NCBI GenBank assembly: GCA_019113295.1
Contig: DXHR01000011.1
Coordinates: 97,254-161,253 of the forward strand
Direction of reading: 5' to 3'
Length of the DNA: 64,000 bases
Origin: Candidatus Salinicoccus stercoripullorum
Lineage (GTDB): Bacteria; Bacillota; Bacilli; Staphylococcales; Salinicoccaceae
Shown: in pieces, positions 11,046 to 21,110 of the stretch
How the letters are laid out: each line of letters opens with the position of its first letter
Numbering within the stretch: position 1 is the first letter of the stretch
The notes under the pieces: model-generated
Told to the model about the DNA's origin: nothing
Databases searched by the model: none
Seen by the model: the letters and a program-made list of their open reading frames with translations, nothing else
Position numbers and translations under genes: made by a program

Positions 11046-11870
11046 GAAGTTCCATTCATCAGAGGCGTATTTTCTGCTGATTTCTTCGAGCCGTCCGAAA
11101 TCCTCATCAGTCAGCTCATATGGCTTTGTTGCCATGTTAAGGCCTGTTTCAAATCCTTTCTTGAAAGCCGGATACAGCATGTTGACAGTAAAGTGCTTTT
11201 CGCTTATATCGTTGATCGCCACCGCCTTTTCCTTGAAAGCCGCCTTCATCTTCTCTTTGAAACGTTCATTCTGGTATTTGAACATATCGAAAAGATGATC
11301 GATATCGATATCCAGGAGAATGGATCCATGCTGCATGATCACACCGTTCTGCCTTGTCTGTGCACTGCCGGCTATTTTACGTCCCTCAACGACAAGTTCA
11401 TACCAGCTCGGTGTGTCAAAACAAACACTGCTCCTGATATTGGTCAATTCTTTCCTCTGTTCTTTTGTCTGCGGCACGCTGAAATGGGCATCCAGCCCCA
11501 GGTTTCTGAACCCTTCCATAAGTCCGCCCGATATTACTCTGTAGCTCTCTGTCACAGAATCCGGCATTCCCTCATAACTTTCAGGCAGAACGACACTGTA
11601 TGTCAGTTCCTTGTCGTGCAGGACCCCCCTGCCGCCGGTGGCTCGCCGGACCATCTCATATCCATATGACTTCACACGTCCAAGGTCTATCTCTTTATGG
11701 ACCTTCTGGAAGTATCCGAGTGACAGGGTCGGTGTTTCCCATTCATAGAACCTGAGAACGGCAGGCAGTTCCCCGTTCCTCACCTTCTCCATCAGAAGTT
11801 CATCCAACGCCATGTTGTAGGCCGCATCATTCTTATGACTTTCTATGTAATACCACATGCGTTCTGACAT
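11037..11870 (-). CDS. lipM: Octanoyltransferase LipM / lipoate-protein ligase family
   Basis: NMALDE, TLSLGYFQ, VRRATGGRGVLH, GRKIAGSAQ, QHGSIL; next to rhodanese and gcv. Confidence 0.92.
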   Translation of the reverse strand: MSERMWYYIESHKNDAAYNMALDELLMEKVRNGELPAVLRFYEWETPTLSLGYFQKVHKEIDLGRVKSYGYEMVRRATGGRGVLHDKELTYSVVLPESYEGMPDSVTESYRVISGGLMEGFRNLGLDAHFSVPQTKEQRKELTNIRSSVCFDTPSWYELVVEGRKIAGSAQTRQNGVIMQHGSILLDIDIDHLFDMFKYQNERFKEKMKAAFKEKAVAINDISEKHFTVNMLYPAFKKGFETGLNMATKPYELTDEDFGRLEEISRKYASDEWNFRR

Positions 11871-11959
11871 TCCTATCTCTCCCTCTATCATTTCCTCTTT
11901 AAAAGTATATCAAATATCTCTATAATATACTTATGTGAAAAATTAAGGAGAGATGAGTT

Positions 11960-12346
11960 TTGGAAAATTGGATGATCATCCTTCTGGCTGCCGTCATCGT
12001 AATACTGCTGCTCGTTTTGAATGGTTACAGGAATATGCGCAATGTGAAATCCCTGCCGGAAGAAGAATTTAAAAAAGATCTGAGAAGAGTTCAGCTGATT
12101 GATTTGAGGGAAAAGGAAAAATATGAACACGGGCACATCATGGGAGCGAGGAATATTCCGATGATGAACTTCTCCATGAAAATGAACTCATTAAGGAAAG
12201 ACCAGCCAATCTATCTGTATGACCACAATGGCAGATTGCCTATCAGAGCGGCAAAGATGCTTAAGAAAAAAGGATACAGTGATATCTATATGCTGAAAAA
12301 CGGCATCAGCAAGTGGACAGGGAAAATCAAATCTAAATCCAAATAA
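11960..12346 (+). CDS. Rhodanese-like domain protein (YqhL-like) with N-terminal TM helix
   Basis: LIDLREKEKYEHGHIMGARNIP motif; no catalytic Cys in the active-site loop (LYDHNG). Confidence 0.88.
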   Translation: MENWMIILLAAVIVILLLVLNGYRNMRNVKSLPEEEFKKDLRRVQLIDLREKEKYEHGHIMGARNIPMMNFSMKMNSLRKDQPIYLYDHNGRLPIRAAKMLKKKGYSDIYMLKNGISKWTGKIKSKSK

Positions 12347-12370
12347 AAAAGGACCGCGCGGTCCTTTTTT
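12345..12370. terminator. Bidirectional terminator, 26-bp perfect palindrome
   Basis: AAAAAAGGACCGCGCGGTCCTTTTTT. Confidence 0.85.
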
Positions 12371-12372
12371 TA

Positions 12373-13854
12373 TTATTCTTTTTCTTCTATGATTTCTTCC
12401 CGCTGGAATCTGAGGACAGGTTTCCTTGCAGCCTGCGTTTCATCCAGTCGGCCAATGACTGTAGTATGCGGTGCCTCAAGGACGATATCCGGATTTTCTT
12501 CCGCCTCTTTTGAAATGTGTATCAGTGTATCGACGAAACCGTCGAGCGTCTCTTTGGACTCTGTTTCGGTCGGTTCCACCATCATGCATTCCTCGACGTT
12601 CAGCGGGAAGTAGATAGTCGGCGGATGGTAGCCGAAATCAAGCAGGCGTTTGGCCATATCCAGTGTACGTACGCCCATTTTCTTCTGCCTTGAACCGCTG
12701 ATTACGAATTCATGTTTACAGTGTTGCTTGTAAGGAAGTTCGAAAGTGCCTTCGAGTCTCCTCATCATATAGTTGGCATTGAGCACTGCGTTTTCTGATA
12801 CTTCCTTGAGACCGTCCGGCCCCATCGTGCGGATATAAGTATATGCACGGAGGAATATGCCGAAATTCCCGTAGAACGGTTTGACACGTCCGATGCTTTC
12901 AGGTACATCGTGTTCCACACGGTAACTGCCGCCGTCTTTTACAACGAGTGGCTTCGGCAGGAACTTCGCAAGTTCCGCTTTTACGCCGATAGGTCCCGAT
13001 CCGGGACCGCCGCCGCCGTGAGGGCCTGTGAACGTCTTATGGAGGTTGAGGTGTACTGCATCGAAGCCCATATCCCCCGGTCTTACCTTGGCCATGATGG
13101 CATTTAGGTTTGCGCCATCATAGTACAACTTGCCGCCTGCTTCATGGACGATGTCACGGATTTCAAGAATATCCTCTTCAAAAAGTCCAAGTGTATTCGG
13201 ATTTGTCAGCATGATCGCTGCTGTATCATCCCCGACCAGCGTTTTCAGATGATCGGTGTCAACGAGGCCTCTATCATTGGATTTGACTGTAACAGCTTCA
13301 AATCCTGCTACTACTGCACTTGCGGGGTTTGTACCGTGGGCAGAGTCAGGGACAATCACTTTGGTACGGTTATGGTCGCCGTTCGCTTCATGGAAAGCTT
13401 TGATCATCATCAGCGCAGTCCACTCTCCCTGGGCACCGGCAGCCGGCTGCAGTGTAATTTCATCCATGCCTGTAATCTCTTTCAGATGCTCCTGCATATC
13501 ATGGACGATTTCCAGTGAACCCTGGATTGCCTTGTCATTCTGCTCGGGATGGCTGTTTGCAAAACCTGGCATCCTTGCAACTTTTTCGTTGATTTTAGGG
13601 TTGTACTTCATTGTACATGAACCAAGTGGATAGAAGCCTGAGTCCACACCATGGTTTTTGTTGGAAAGCTCAGTATAGTGTCTCATCAGATCGAGCTCGC
13701 TGATTTCAGGCAGCTCGGCTTTGGTTCTGCGGATGAATTTCCTGTCTATTATATCGGATAGTTCATGTTTTTCCACTTCCAGGTCCGGAAGTGAATATGC
13801 GAACCTGTCTTCTGTGCTTCTTTCGAAAATCAAAGGACTGGATCCCTTAAGCAT
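12373..13854 (-). CDS. gcvPB: Glycine dehydrogenase (decarboxylating) subunit 2
   Basis: [18 protein letters not shown] (PLP Lys), [14 protein letters not shown]. Confidence 0.97.
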   Translation of the reverse strand: MLKGSSPLIFERSTEDRFAYSLPDLEVEKHELSDIIDRKFIRRTKAELPEISELDLMRHYTELSNKNHGVDSGFYPLGSCTMKYNPKINEKVARMPGFANSHPEQNDKAIQGSLEIVHDMQEHLKEITGMDEITLQPAAGAQGEWTALMMIKAFHEANGDHNRTKVIVPDSAHGTNPASAVVAGFEAVTVKSNDRGLVDTDHLKTLVGDDTAAIMLTNPNTLGLFEEDILEIRDIVHEAGGKLYYDGANLNAIMAKVRPGDMGFDAVHLNLHKTFTGPHGGGGPGSGPIGVKAELAKFLPKPLVVKDGGSYRVEHDVPESIGRVKPFYGNFGIFLRAYTYIRTMGPDGLKEVSENAVLNANYMMRRLEGTFELPYKQHCKHEFVISGSRQKKMGVRTLDMAKRLLDFGYHPPTIYFPLNVEECMMVEPTETESKETLDGFVDTLIHISKEAEENPDIVLEAPHTTVIGRLDETQAARKPVLRFQREEIIEEKE

Positions 13855-15190
13855 TATATTCACCCAACCTTTCAACAAATGAATCAATTTCCTCTTTGGT
13901 ACGCAGCTCTGTCACTGCAATGAGCATGTAGTTCTCAAATTTTCCATCTACTCTTCCAAGGTTGAAACCACCGATGTAGCCGTCATCATAGAGGGTATTA
14001 TTGATATCATCCACATTTTTGGACAGCTTAACAGCAAATTCGTTGAACGACTGGCCATCGAGTACTTCGAATCCTTTGTTTTTCAACTGATTTTTCATAT
14101 AGTAAGTATTCTGTATGTTGTTCTCCGCCATTTCAACAGCACCTTTTTTACCGAGAGCACTCATTGCCACAGATGAGGCAAGGGCATTCAGTGCCTGGTT
14201 GGAACAGATGTTACTTGTTGCTTTGTCACGTCTGATGTGCTGTTCGCGTGCCTGCAGAGTCAGTACGAAACCGCGGTTGCCTTCATCATCCTGTGTCTGG
14301 CCGACAAGACGCCCCGGCATTTTACGCATCAGTTTGCTGGTTGCAGCGAAATAACCGCAGTGCGGGCCGCCGAACTGTGTAGGGATACCGAATACCTGTG
14401 TATCACCTGTTACGATATCTGCACCGAATTCGCCCGGAGGCGTCAGCACGCTGAGTGCAAGCGGGTTGCTGTTTACAACAAACAGTCCTTTATGCTTATG
14501 TGCAATCTTTTCAATCTCTTCCAGATCTTCCACAGAACCGAGGAAATTTGGATACTGTACCATTACCGCTGCTGTATCTTCGTCGGCAGCTTCATCAAGC
14601 CGGGCGAGGTCCGTATAGGAACCGTCAAGTTCAACCTCGACAACTTCAATGTCCTGAGCCTTGCAGTATGTTCTCAATACTTCAACCGCCTGATAATGGA
14701 CACCTTTTGATACGACAACTTTCTTTTTACGAGTTTTTCCGGCGGCCATAGTCGCAGCTTCTGCAAAGGCAGTCGGTCCATCATACATTGACGAGTTTGC
14801 CACATCCATTGCAGTAAGTTCGGAAATCAATGTCTGGAATTCGAAAATCGCCTGCAGTTCACCCTGAGATATTTCAGGCTGGTACGGTGTATATGCCGTG
14901 TAGAATTCAGAGCGTGAAATCACATGATCCACTACAGCCGGTATATAATGATCATATACTCCTGCGCCAAGGAATGATACATGTGTTTCCGTTGTGATGT
15001 TCTTCCTTGCGATATCTCCAAGTTCGCGGAGCAGTGAAGTTTCACTCTTCTTAGGTTTGATATTCAACTCGCCCTTGAACCTTACTTTTTCAGGTATGTC
15101 ACTGAAAAGTTCAGAGACATCTGAAATGCCTATTGTATCCAGCATCTCCCGCTTATCTTTTTCTGTTAATGGTAAATAACGATGACTCAA
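13847..15190 (-). CDS. gcvPA: Glycine dehydrogenase (decarboxylating) subunit 1
   Basis: [38 protein letters not shown]; TTG start 8 nt after AAGGAG. Confidence 0.97.
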   Translation of the reverse strand: MSHRYLPLTEKDKREMLDTIGISDVSELFSDIPEKVRFKGELNIKPKKSETSLLRELGDIARKNITTETHVSFLGAGVYDHYIPAVVDHVISRSEFYTAYTPYQPEISQGELQAIFEFQTLISELTAMDVANSSMYDGPTAFAEAATMAAGKTRKKKVVVSKGVHYQAVEVLRTYCKAQDIEVVEVELDGSYTDLARLDEAADEDTAAVMVQYPNFLGSVEDLEEIEKIAHKHKGLFVVNSNPLALSVLTPPGEFGADIVTGDTQVFGIPTQFGGPHCGYFAATSKLMRKMPGRLVGQTQDDEGNRGFVLTLQAREQHIRRDKATSNICSNQALNALASSVAMSALGKKGAVEMAENNIQNTYYMKNQLKNKGFEVLDGQSFNEFAVKLSKNVDDINNTLYDDGYIGGFNLGRVDGKFENYMLIAVTELRTKEEIDSFVERLGEYNA

Positions 15191-15211
15191 ATCATACACT
15201 CCTTCTCATAA

Positions 15212-16294
15212 TTAGTTTTTATGGAATGGCGTTTTGACAAACTTCGCCTTTACTTCTTTGTTTCTGACAATGATATTGAACTCTTTATCAAGTTCATAGA
15301 ACTCTTTATCGACAAGCGCGAACCCTATGGATTTCTTGGTAAGCGGGGATTGGGTACCACTTGTGACATATCCCACTTTGTTGCCGTCAGAGTCTTTTAC
15401 TTCATAATCTGTGCGTGCAATCCCTCTTTCGAGGATTTCGAAGCCGGCGAGCTTTCTCGGAGCACCGTCTTCCTTCTGTTCCTTGAGCACATCCCTGCCG
15501 ACAAAGTCACCTTTGTCCGTCTTGACCACAAACCCCATATTCGCTTCGACAGGAGTGATGTCTTCCGTCAAATCCTGCCCGTGGAGCGGCAGGCCGGCTT
15601 CCAGTCTCAATGTATCGCGCGAACCGAGTCCACATGGTTCTGCCCCGCCGTCGAGGAAAAGCTTCCAAAGTTTCAATGTATCTTCTATAGCGCAGTAGAT
15701 TTCAAACCCGTCTTCGCCGGTATATCCTGTCTGGGAAAGGATCACTTTGGAACCGTCGATGTCTATGTCCTTTTTAAAGCGGAACATCTTCATTTCGCTG
15801 ATGTCCTCTTCTACATGCTTCTGTACAAGATCGCGGGCTCCAGGACCCTGCACCGCCAGCTGTCCGTATTTCTTAGACACATTTTCAACATTTGCATCGA
15901 AGCCATTGATCGCTTTAAGTACATCAAAATCAATATCTGTATTTCCGGCGTTGACGACAAGCAGGTAATCATCTTCATCCAATTTGTATATCACAAGGTC
16001 ATCAATCACTCCGCCGCGCTCGTTGCAGAGCATTGTATATTGGGCGCGTTCAGCTGTGAGGTTTGTAACCTCATTTGTCAGAGCATAGTTCAGAAACCCG
16101 ACCGATTCCCTGCCCGTAACTCTGATTTCACCCATATGGCTGACTTCGAAAATGCCAATCGCTTCCCGTACTGCCCGGTGTTCTTCCTTGATGCTTGAGA
16201 ATTGGACAGGCAGCGCCCAGCCTGAGAAATCAATAACTTTGGCACCTGATTCCTCATAATAGTCATACAACGGTGTCTTCTTTAATTCAGGCAT
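15212..16294 (-). CDS. gcvT: Glycine cleavage aminomethyltransferase
   Basis: [30 protein letters not shown]. Confidence 0.97.
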   Translation of the reverse strand: MPELKKTPLYDYYEESGAKVIDFSGWALPVQFSSIKEEHRAVREAIGIFEVSHMGEIRVTGRESVGFLNYALTNEVTNLTAERAQYTMLCNERGGVIDDLVIYKLDEDDYLLVVNAGNTDIDFDVLKAINGFDANVENVSKKYGQLAVQGPGARDLVQKHVEEDISEMKMFRFKKDIDIDGSKVILSQTGYTGEDGFEIYCAIEDTLKLWKLFLDGGAEPCGLGSRDTLRLEAGLPLHGQDLTEDITPVEANMGFVVKTDKGDFVGRDVLKEQKEDGAPRKLAGFEILERGIARTDYEVKDSDGNKVGYVTSGTQSPLTKKSIGFALVDKEFYELDKEFNIIVRNKEVKAKFVKTPFHKN

Positions 16295-16314
16295 GATTCT
16301 TCCTCCTTTAAAAT

Positions 16315-16345
16315 AAAAAACAGGGCAGCCTTGTAAACTGCCCTG
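16315..16345 (-). terminator. Riboswitch expression-platform terminator
   Basis: CAGGGCAG-tttacaagg-CTGCCCTG followed by TTTTTT on the minus strand. Confidence 0.85.
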
Positions 16346-16352
16346 TTGATTT

Positions 16353-16449
16353 GTCTTCAGGATTGCGTCCCAATGCTGTACTTTTGCCTGAGAGATTCAC
16401 CTGTGCGGCTTGCTCCTTCGGCGACGATCACTCGTTCTCTCGAGCATTG
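16353..16449 (-). ncRNA. Glycine riboswitch, single aptamer plus 3' 'ghost' stem
   Basis: P1 CAATGCT/AGCATTG, GAGAGA, CGCCGAAGGAGCAAG, GAATCTCTCAGGCAAAAG, then the GGACG...CTGAAGA linker; directly upstream of gcvT. Confidence 0.9.
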
Positions 16450-16543
16450 TTCAATCGCAAAATATTCAATTAATATTTCGACCTAATTATAACCATAGCA
16501 TCCATGAAATAGCAAGCTGATTATCGTGATATTGTAAGCCCTG

Positions 16544-17038
16544 TCAGCGGGTAAGGTTTAAAATGGCTTCCACCGTATCTTCGAGCCCGCATGCTGTATC
16601 GACTTCGTGGTCAGCTGCATTCCTGTATCTCTCTATTCTGCTGTCATACAGTGCTTTCACATGTTCCCTGGGCTGGCTTGCAAGAGGTCTGCTATTGTCA
16701 TCTGAAATCCTTTCATACAGGGAGTCGAATGTAGCGTTCAGGAAAATCACTTTCCGGTCTGTCTTTCTGATCATTTCATATGAATCATCATGTGTGATGA
16801 TACCGCCTCCGGTGGAAATGATGCCATCGTTCTCGCATGCAGACGATAGCACCCTGTATTCATAATTACGGAACCCCTCCTCGCCCTCTTCAGCGAATAT
16901 TTCGGGGATCGTCTTGCCGCTCAACGCGTATATCTCCGCATCCAGCTCCATAACGTCCAGTCCCAGCCTCTCTCCCAGGGCTTTCGCAACTGTACTTTTG
17001 CCACTGCCCATGAAGCCTACTAGAATCATCGTCTTCAC
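16544..17038 (-). CDS. aroK: Shikimate kinase
   Basis: GFMGSGKST P-loop, FRNYE, STGGGII, RPLA. Confidence 0.95.
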   Translation of the reverse strand: MKTMILVGFMGSGKSTVAKALGERLGLDVMELDAEIYALSGKTIPEIFAEEGEEGFRNYEYRVLSSACENDGIISTGGGIITHDDSYEMIRKTDRKVIFLNATFDSLYERISDDNSRPLASQPREHVKALYDSRIERYRNAADHEVDTACGLEDTVEAILNLTR

Positions 17039-17214
17039 TCCTCTTCAATCAGTCTGCTGATTTTATACTGGTAGATTTCTATGAAATTCATGCGTATATC
17101 CAGTGTGATCATCATCTCATTATAATATTGGTAATATAAACTTATCAGATAAATGAGAATAATGTATATAGAAAAGCTGAAAAATCCGTCATTTTTCGAA
17201 TGTAAATGTTTCAT
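17035..17214 (-). CDS. comGG: Competence minor pseudopilin ComGG-like (59 aa)
   Basis: C-terminal part of track ORF 17035-17490 from ATG 17214: MKHLHSKNDG|FFSFSIYIILIYLISLYYQYY. Prepilin-like G|F plus TM helix; last gene of the comG operon. Confidence 0.7.
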   Translation of the reverse strand: MKHLHSKNDGFFSFSIYIILIYLISLYYQYYNEMMITLDIRMNFIEIYQYKISRLIEEE

Positions 17215-17629
17215 TGAATTCACCATTTTCAGTTTCGATATCCAGCCGGGCATGGAGCTCTTCGTCTCTGATATCGAATTTTTTGACGCCGAACATGACG
17301 GTGATAAAACCGCTTCCGTCCACACTCCTGATGATACGGCCCCCTGCACGGCGGTAACTGATGACTTTTTTGTCATCATCAAAGCTGATCGACGCCCCGT
17401 CACTGGATACCGTGATTTTCTCGCTTGCCTTATACACATCAGTGATATCCAGGATGAAAAAGTCTGCTTCAAAATCATGTCCGTAGTCATTCATAGAGGA
17501 AAAATAGGAGACGGTCGCAGGCATGACCATCATTATCATTGCTGCGACAGAAAGGGCGGCAAGTGCCTCCATATATGTGAAGCCTCCGTTACCTGACGCG
17601 CAAACAAAGTGATTCATTTTCCTTCGCAC
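17189..17629 (-). CDS. comGF: Competence minor pseudopilin ComGF
   Basis: G|FTYMEAL prepilin motif; operon position; GTG start after AAAGGGG. Confidence 0.85.
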   Translation of the reverse strand: MRRKMNHFVCASGNGGFTYMEALAALSVAAMIMMVMPATVSYFSSMNDYGHDFEADFFILDITDVYKASEKITVSSDGASISFDDDKKVISYRRAGGRIIRSVDGSGFITVMFGVKKFDIRDEELHARLDIETENGEFNETFTFEK

Positions 17630-17852
17630 ACATCAAATCCCCTTTTTGTATATAATCGTCATGCGTAAAATTTTCAGGTGTATCATCGTTCAGAAGTTCT
17701 ATATAGAGCGATCTGCTGAAATCAAGTTTTTCTTCCGCAAGTGTCAGTGTTGTCCTGATCATCATGAGTGCGGGTACAAGGATGCCGATTATTATTGAAA
17801 ATATCAGCATGGCAAGTACCGCATCCAGCATCATGAAACCTTCATCTTTCAA
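17589..17852 (-). CDS. comGE: Competence minor pseudopilin ComGE
   Basis: G|FMMLDAVLAMLIF; TTG start after GGAGG. Confidence 0.8.
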   Translation of the reverse strand: MKDEGFMMLDAVLAMLIFSIIIGILVPALMMIRTTLTLAEEKLDFSRSLYIELLNDDTPENFTHDDYIQKGDLMCAKENESLCLRVR

Positions 17853-18276
17853 TCCTGAACCTCCCCTTTTGTATCTGGAAGACGAAGTTCACCGTCTCAT
17901 CCATGCAGTGGAACCGGATGGTACCAAATGCATTCGTATCCCCGTTTGATTTGTATAAAAATCCGGAAAGTCCGCCCTGGAGTATTTTGCAGGTATTGAG
18001 TGTGTATGTTTCAAGCGTCTCTCCATAGCCGCTTTTGATTACGATACGATGTTTTGTCCGGTCGAATTCCACCACATGCGCCTGTTTCGTGTTCAGCGCG
18101 TTGGTCTGTGCCAGCTGGAAAAAGAATGCTATATTATCCACTTCCCTGTCCACCGTATGAGCATTGTTTTGTGGAGCCGACTGTACTGTGAGCATGAGAA
18201 GGATGCTGACCACTGCGAGCGTCAGCATCATTTCCATCATGGTGAATCCGCTATTCGGATTTTGCTGCCTGGCCAT
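17842..18276 (-). CDS. comGD: Competence minor pseudopilin ComGD
   Basis: G|FTMMEMMLTLAVV type IV prepilin motif. Confidence 0.88.
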   Translation of the reverse strand: MARQQNPNSGFTMMEMMLTLAVVSILLMLTVQSAPQNNAHTVDREVDNIAFFFQLAQTNALNTKQAHVVEFDRTKHRIVIKSGYGETLETYTLNTCKILQGGLSGFLYKSNGDTNAFGTIRFHCMDETVNFVFQIQKGRFRIER

Positions 18277-18580
18277 TTACAATCACAATTCCGGTGCCGT
18301 TTGCACAGGTCACCTGATCGTTCGTCAAATAATCCGGTACAAGCGCACTTACAGAGGAAGGGGCACTGCCTTCGTTCAGCGTATATGCCTGTATCTGGCT
18401 TTGGACCATCTTGACTTGGGCATCACACCCGGTATCCTGGACATTGGCACTCTGGGCAGCGATATTTGGAATGATGAGGATGATCAGAACGGATATCACC
18501 AGCAGTACGAGCAGCATTTCAATCAATGTGAAACCGTCATCTCTTCTGTTTGATTTTTTATTCATCAGTTTTTTTATCAT
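18251..18580 (-). CDS. comGC: Competence major pilin ComGC
   Basis: G|FTLIEMLLVLLVISVLIILIIPN; two Cys (GCDAQ, VTCANG). Confidence 0.95.
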   Translation of the reverse strand: MIKKLMNKKSNRRDDGFTLIEMLLVLLVISVLIILIIPNIAAQSANVQDTGCDAQVKMVQSQIQAYTLNEGSAPSSVSALVPDYLTNDQVTCANGTGIVIVNGQAAKSE

Positions 18581-18592
18581 ATTTGAATCCTC

Positions 18593-19651
18593 CTAGTTGA
18601 TTGTCGCCATCATCTGGAAAATAGGCAGTACTATTACCATATACAGGCAGATGATGAGCAGCCCGAGTATAAGGAATATTACAGGCTGTATCTTTCTGGT
18701 TACATCTTCAATCTTCATTATGATCCTCTCAAGCGTGTATTCACTGAACAGGATGAGTTCTTTGCCGACACTGCTGTTCTGTTCACCATGACTTACAAAT
18801 ACTGCAAGTTTTCCGTCCAGCATATCGATCTGTCCAATAGCTTCAGACAGCGTGTGCCCCTCCATCAGCTTCTCCTCGATCAATCCGGAGGAATATCTCA
18901 AATATTCATTCAGAGTCTGATGGATGAACAGATCGAGTATTTCCTTGACTTCAAGACCATTGTTGATGAAATATCCGAACTCTCTTGAAAATCTGTACGT
19001 CTGGTAATTTCTGAAATAGAATCTGATCCCCGGTATGAACAACAGTATTTTTGCCTTCCTGTCCACATCCTTCATCGCCGCAATGAACATTACTGCAATG
19101 GCAAAAATGACAGCAGCCGAGACGGAGGTTAGCACCAGCTGCGGAAGCAGCTGCAGAAAAGAGGTGAGCACAGTCACAACCCCGTCCGAACTTGTCCCCA
19201 TTGCACTGTAGAGTGAATTGAACTGGGGGATGACGGTATAGTTTAGAACGATGAGCATGATAATGAATATGGATACCAAGACGAGCGGGTACTGCACTGC
19301 CTTCAGCAGTTTTTTCGATGTAGCCCGCATATGGTCCAGATAAAAGGCGGATTCCCGCAGATTCATGAGCATCTCCCCGTGGATTTCGGCAAATGAAATC
19401 TGGATGATGATTGTATTTCTGAAGCCGAGTCTTTTTAATATGCGGCTGAGGGTCGCCCCTTCCTCCACCAGGGCGAGACATACCTTTTTATCCTTGTCTT
19501 TCAGCACATCATACTGTTCAAGGAGAAATACAAGCGCCTGATGCATTGTGAATCCATTTTCCAGCAGATCAGCCAGTTTATACAGGAAATGTGAATCGTA
19601 TTTTCCCAGCCTATTTGAACCTGTCCTTAAACGTTTTAAGTTCTGTTTCAG
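18593..19651 (-). CDS. comGB: Competence pilus platform protein ComGB (probable CTG start at 19651; alternative ATG at 19678)
   Basis: Type II secretion F-like: LLENGFT, YPLVL, IQPVIFLILG; AAAGGAGG lies 8 nt before the CTG. Confidence 0.93.
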   Translation of the reverse strand: MKQNLKRLRTGSNRLGKYDSHFLYKLADLLENGFTMHQALVFLLEQYDVLKDKDKKVCLALVEEGATLSRILKRLGFRNTIIIQISFAEIHGEMLMNLRESAFYLDHMRATSKKLLKAVQYPLVLVSIFIIMLIVLNYTVIPQFNSLYSAMGTSSDGVVTVLTSFLQLLPQLVLTSVSAAVIFAIAVMFIAAMKDVDRKAKILLFIPGIRFYFRNYQTYRFSREFGYFINNGLEVKEILDLFIHQTLNEYLRYSSGLIEEKLMEGHTLSEAIGQIDMLDGKLAVFVSHGEQNSSVGKELILFSEYTLERIIMKIEDVTRKIQPVIFLILGLLIICLYMVIVLPIFQMMATIN

Positions 19652-20603
19652 AGATGCTCCCTCCTTTCCAGAGTTCATCAAGCTGTTCCGAAAGTGTGGA
19701 AACACCGGTCTTTTGGCCTGATAGATAATCTCTTATGTGGCTGCTCTCCATATACTCGTAGATGATGTAACTCCCGCGGTTCGTGTGTATGAGCCTCTGA
19801 TTGATGATAAGTGAGATGCTCTGGATCATTTCCTCTATGTAGAGGCCGTAATCCTTCAGTCTGCTCAAAGTGCTCACTGCAGATTTGCTGTGGAACGTAC
19901 TGAGCACAAGATGACCGGACAAACTTGCCCTGAGCAGTTCGGACGCAATTTTGGCATCCCGTATTTCGCCGAACATAATCACATCCGGATCACATCTCAG
20001 GACACCTTTTAACAGAGGACTGTAATCCATGCTGGCCTTTTCATTGATTTCCACCTGCACGATACCGTCCATTTCATATTCAACAGGATCCTCGATACTG
20101 ATGACCTGACGCCTGTTTTCTGAAATTATATCCGCGAGCAGTCGGTACATCAGAGTCGTTTTTCCCGAGCCGGTGGGGCCGGTAAAAAGGACGAGCCCCT
20201 GCATACGTGTCATGTACTCCTTCAGAAATTCATATTCCTTTTTTGTATGGAATAGCCCCTCGGACTTTCTTTCCTCCATAGGATTGAGGATTCTGATGAC
20301 AATGATTTCGTTCATCAGGGATATCGGCAGTGTGCTGACCCGCACGCCGATTTTAATATCCCCGTCATCAAAAACCGTCCGTCCGCTCTGCGGCGCCTTG
20401 TGTTCGTTAATATCCAGTTCAGCTGTGAACTTCAAATAGTTGATCAGTTTTCTGTACTCCTCCATGGTCACTTCACACAGAGTGGCCATCCCCCCTCTTC
20501 TTCTCACTCTGACAAGACCTGTATTGCTCTCGAGTGTCAAATGAATGTCGGTTGCATTTTGACGCATTGCGCCTTTGAAAATTTCACTTAATATTGTCTT
20601 CAA
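19611..20603 (-). CDS. comGA: Competence pilus assembly ATPase ComGA
   Basis: ATDIH, GPTGSGKTT Walker A, EDPVE, DPDVIMFGEIRD, GHLVLSTFH; TTG start 8 nt after GGAGG. Confidence 0.96.
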   Translation of the reverse strand: MKTILSEIFKGAMRQNATDIHLTLESNTGLVRVRRRGGMATLCEVTMEEYRKLINYLKFTAELDINEHKAPQSGRTVFDDGDIKIGVRVSTLPISLMNEIIVIRILNPMEERKSEGLFHTKKEYEFLKEYMTRMQGLVLFTGPTGSGKTTLMYRLLADIISENRRQVISIEDPVEYEMDGIVQVEINEKASMDYSPLLKGVLRCDPDVIMFGEIRDAKIASELLRASLSGHLVLSTFHSKSAVSTLSRLKDYGLYIEEMIQSISLIINQRLIHTNRGSYIIYEYMESSHIRDYLSGQKTGVSTLSEQLDELWKGGSISETELKTFKDRFK

Positions 20604-20633
20604 TATAAACACCTCCTACCCTATATATGCTTA

Positions 20634-20677
20634 AAAACGGCTGTTTTGATCTTTTCAGAATTAAAAAAGCAAATTTT
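20634..20677. promoter_or_regulatory. Candidate ComK-binding K-box upstream of comGA
   Basis: Perfect AAAA-N5-TTTT at 20665-20677 and a one-mismatch copy at 20634-20646, 31 bp apart. Confidence 0.45.
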
Positions 20678-20822
20678 GTATTTCTGCATATGTTTTTGAG
20701 GTATAATTATGATTAATGGAAATAGATTACAAAACTATTGTCTTTTTTAGTATTTACTTTGATCTGAAGTTTATTTATAATTGATTATGATATGTTTTAG
20801 TAACGATGAAAGGACTGTTCCT

Positions 20823-21062
20823 ATGGATAAGGTATTTAAGACACTTGGATTCTGGACTGCAATGTTTGCAATCCTGTTCTATGTCGGGGATATGATGATG
20901 ATGACATTATTCTTCATCGCCCAAACTGGCTTCTTCATTCTGTTGGGGTATATGAAATTAACTGAAAGAATGTATATGTATGTATTTGCTGCATATCTGG
21001 TCCTTTTCTTTGTAGGATTTACATACTACACAACGTTCCTGTTGGAACCAAGCTTCGGCTAA
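20823..21062 (+). CDS. DUF2626 (YqgY-like) membrane protein
   Basis: MDKVFKTLGFWT...YMKLTERMYMYVF pattern; synteny upstream of comGA. Confidence 0.85.
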   Translation: MDKVFKTLGFWTAMFAILFYVGDMMMMTLFFIAQTGFFILLGYMKLTERMYMYVFAAYLVLFFVGFTYYTTFLLEPSFG

Positions 21063-21064
21063 AC

Positions 21065-21105
21065 ATAAAAAAGCAGGCAGATTTTAAATCTGCCTGCTTT
21101 TTTAT
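21065..21105. terminator. Bidirectional terminator
   Basis: 20-bp inverted repeat ATAAAAAAGCAGGCAGATTT-t-AAATCTGCCTGCTTTTTTAT. Confidence 0.85.
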
Positions 21106-21110
21106 ATACA

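Noticed and set aside
15221-16198. 325-aa plus-strand ORF
   Set aside because: Lies entirely antisense to gcvT; codon-bias shadow.
17215-17490. N-terminal 92 aa of track ORF 17035-17490, suggesting a longer ComGG or a frameshift fusion
   Set aside because: Overlaps comGF in another frame; only the part from ATG 17214 has a prepilin motif, and no slippery site was seen.
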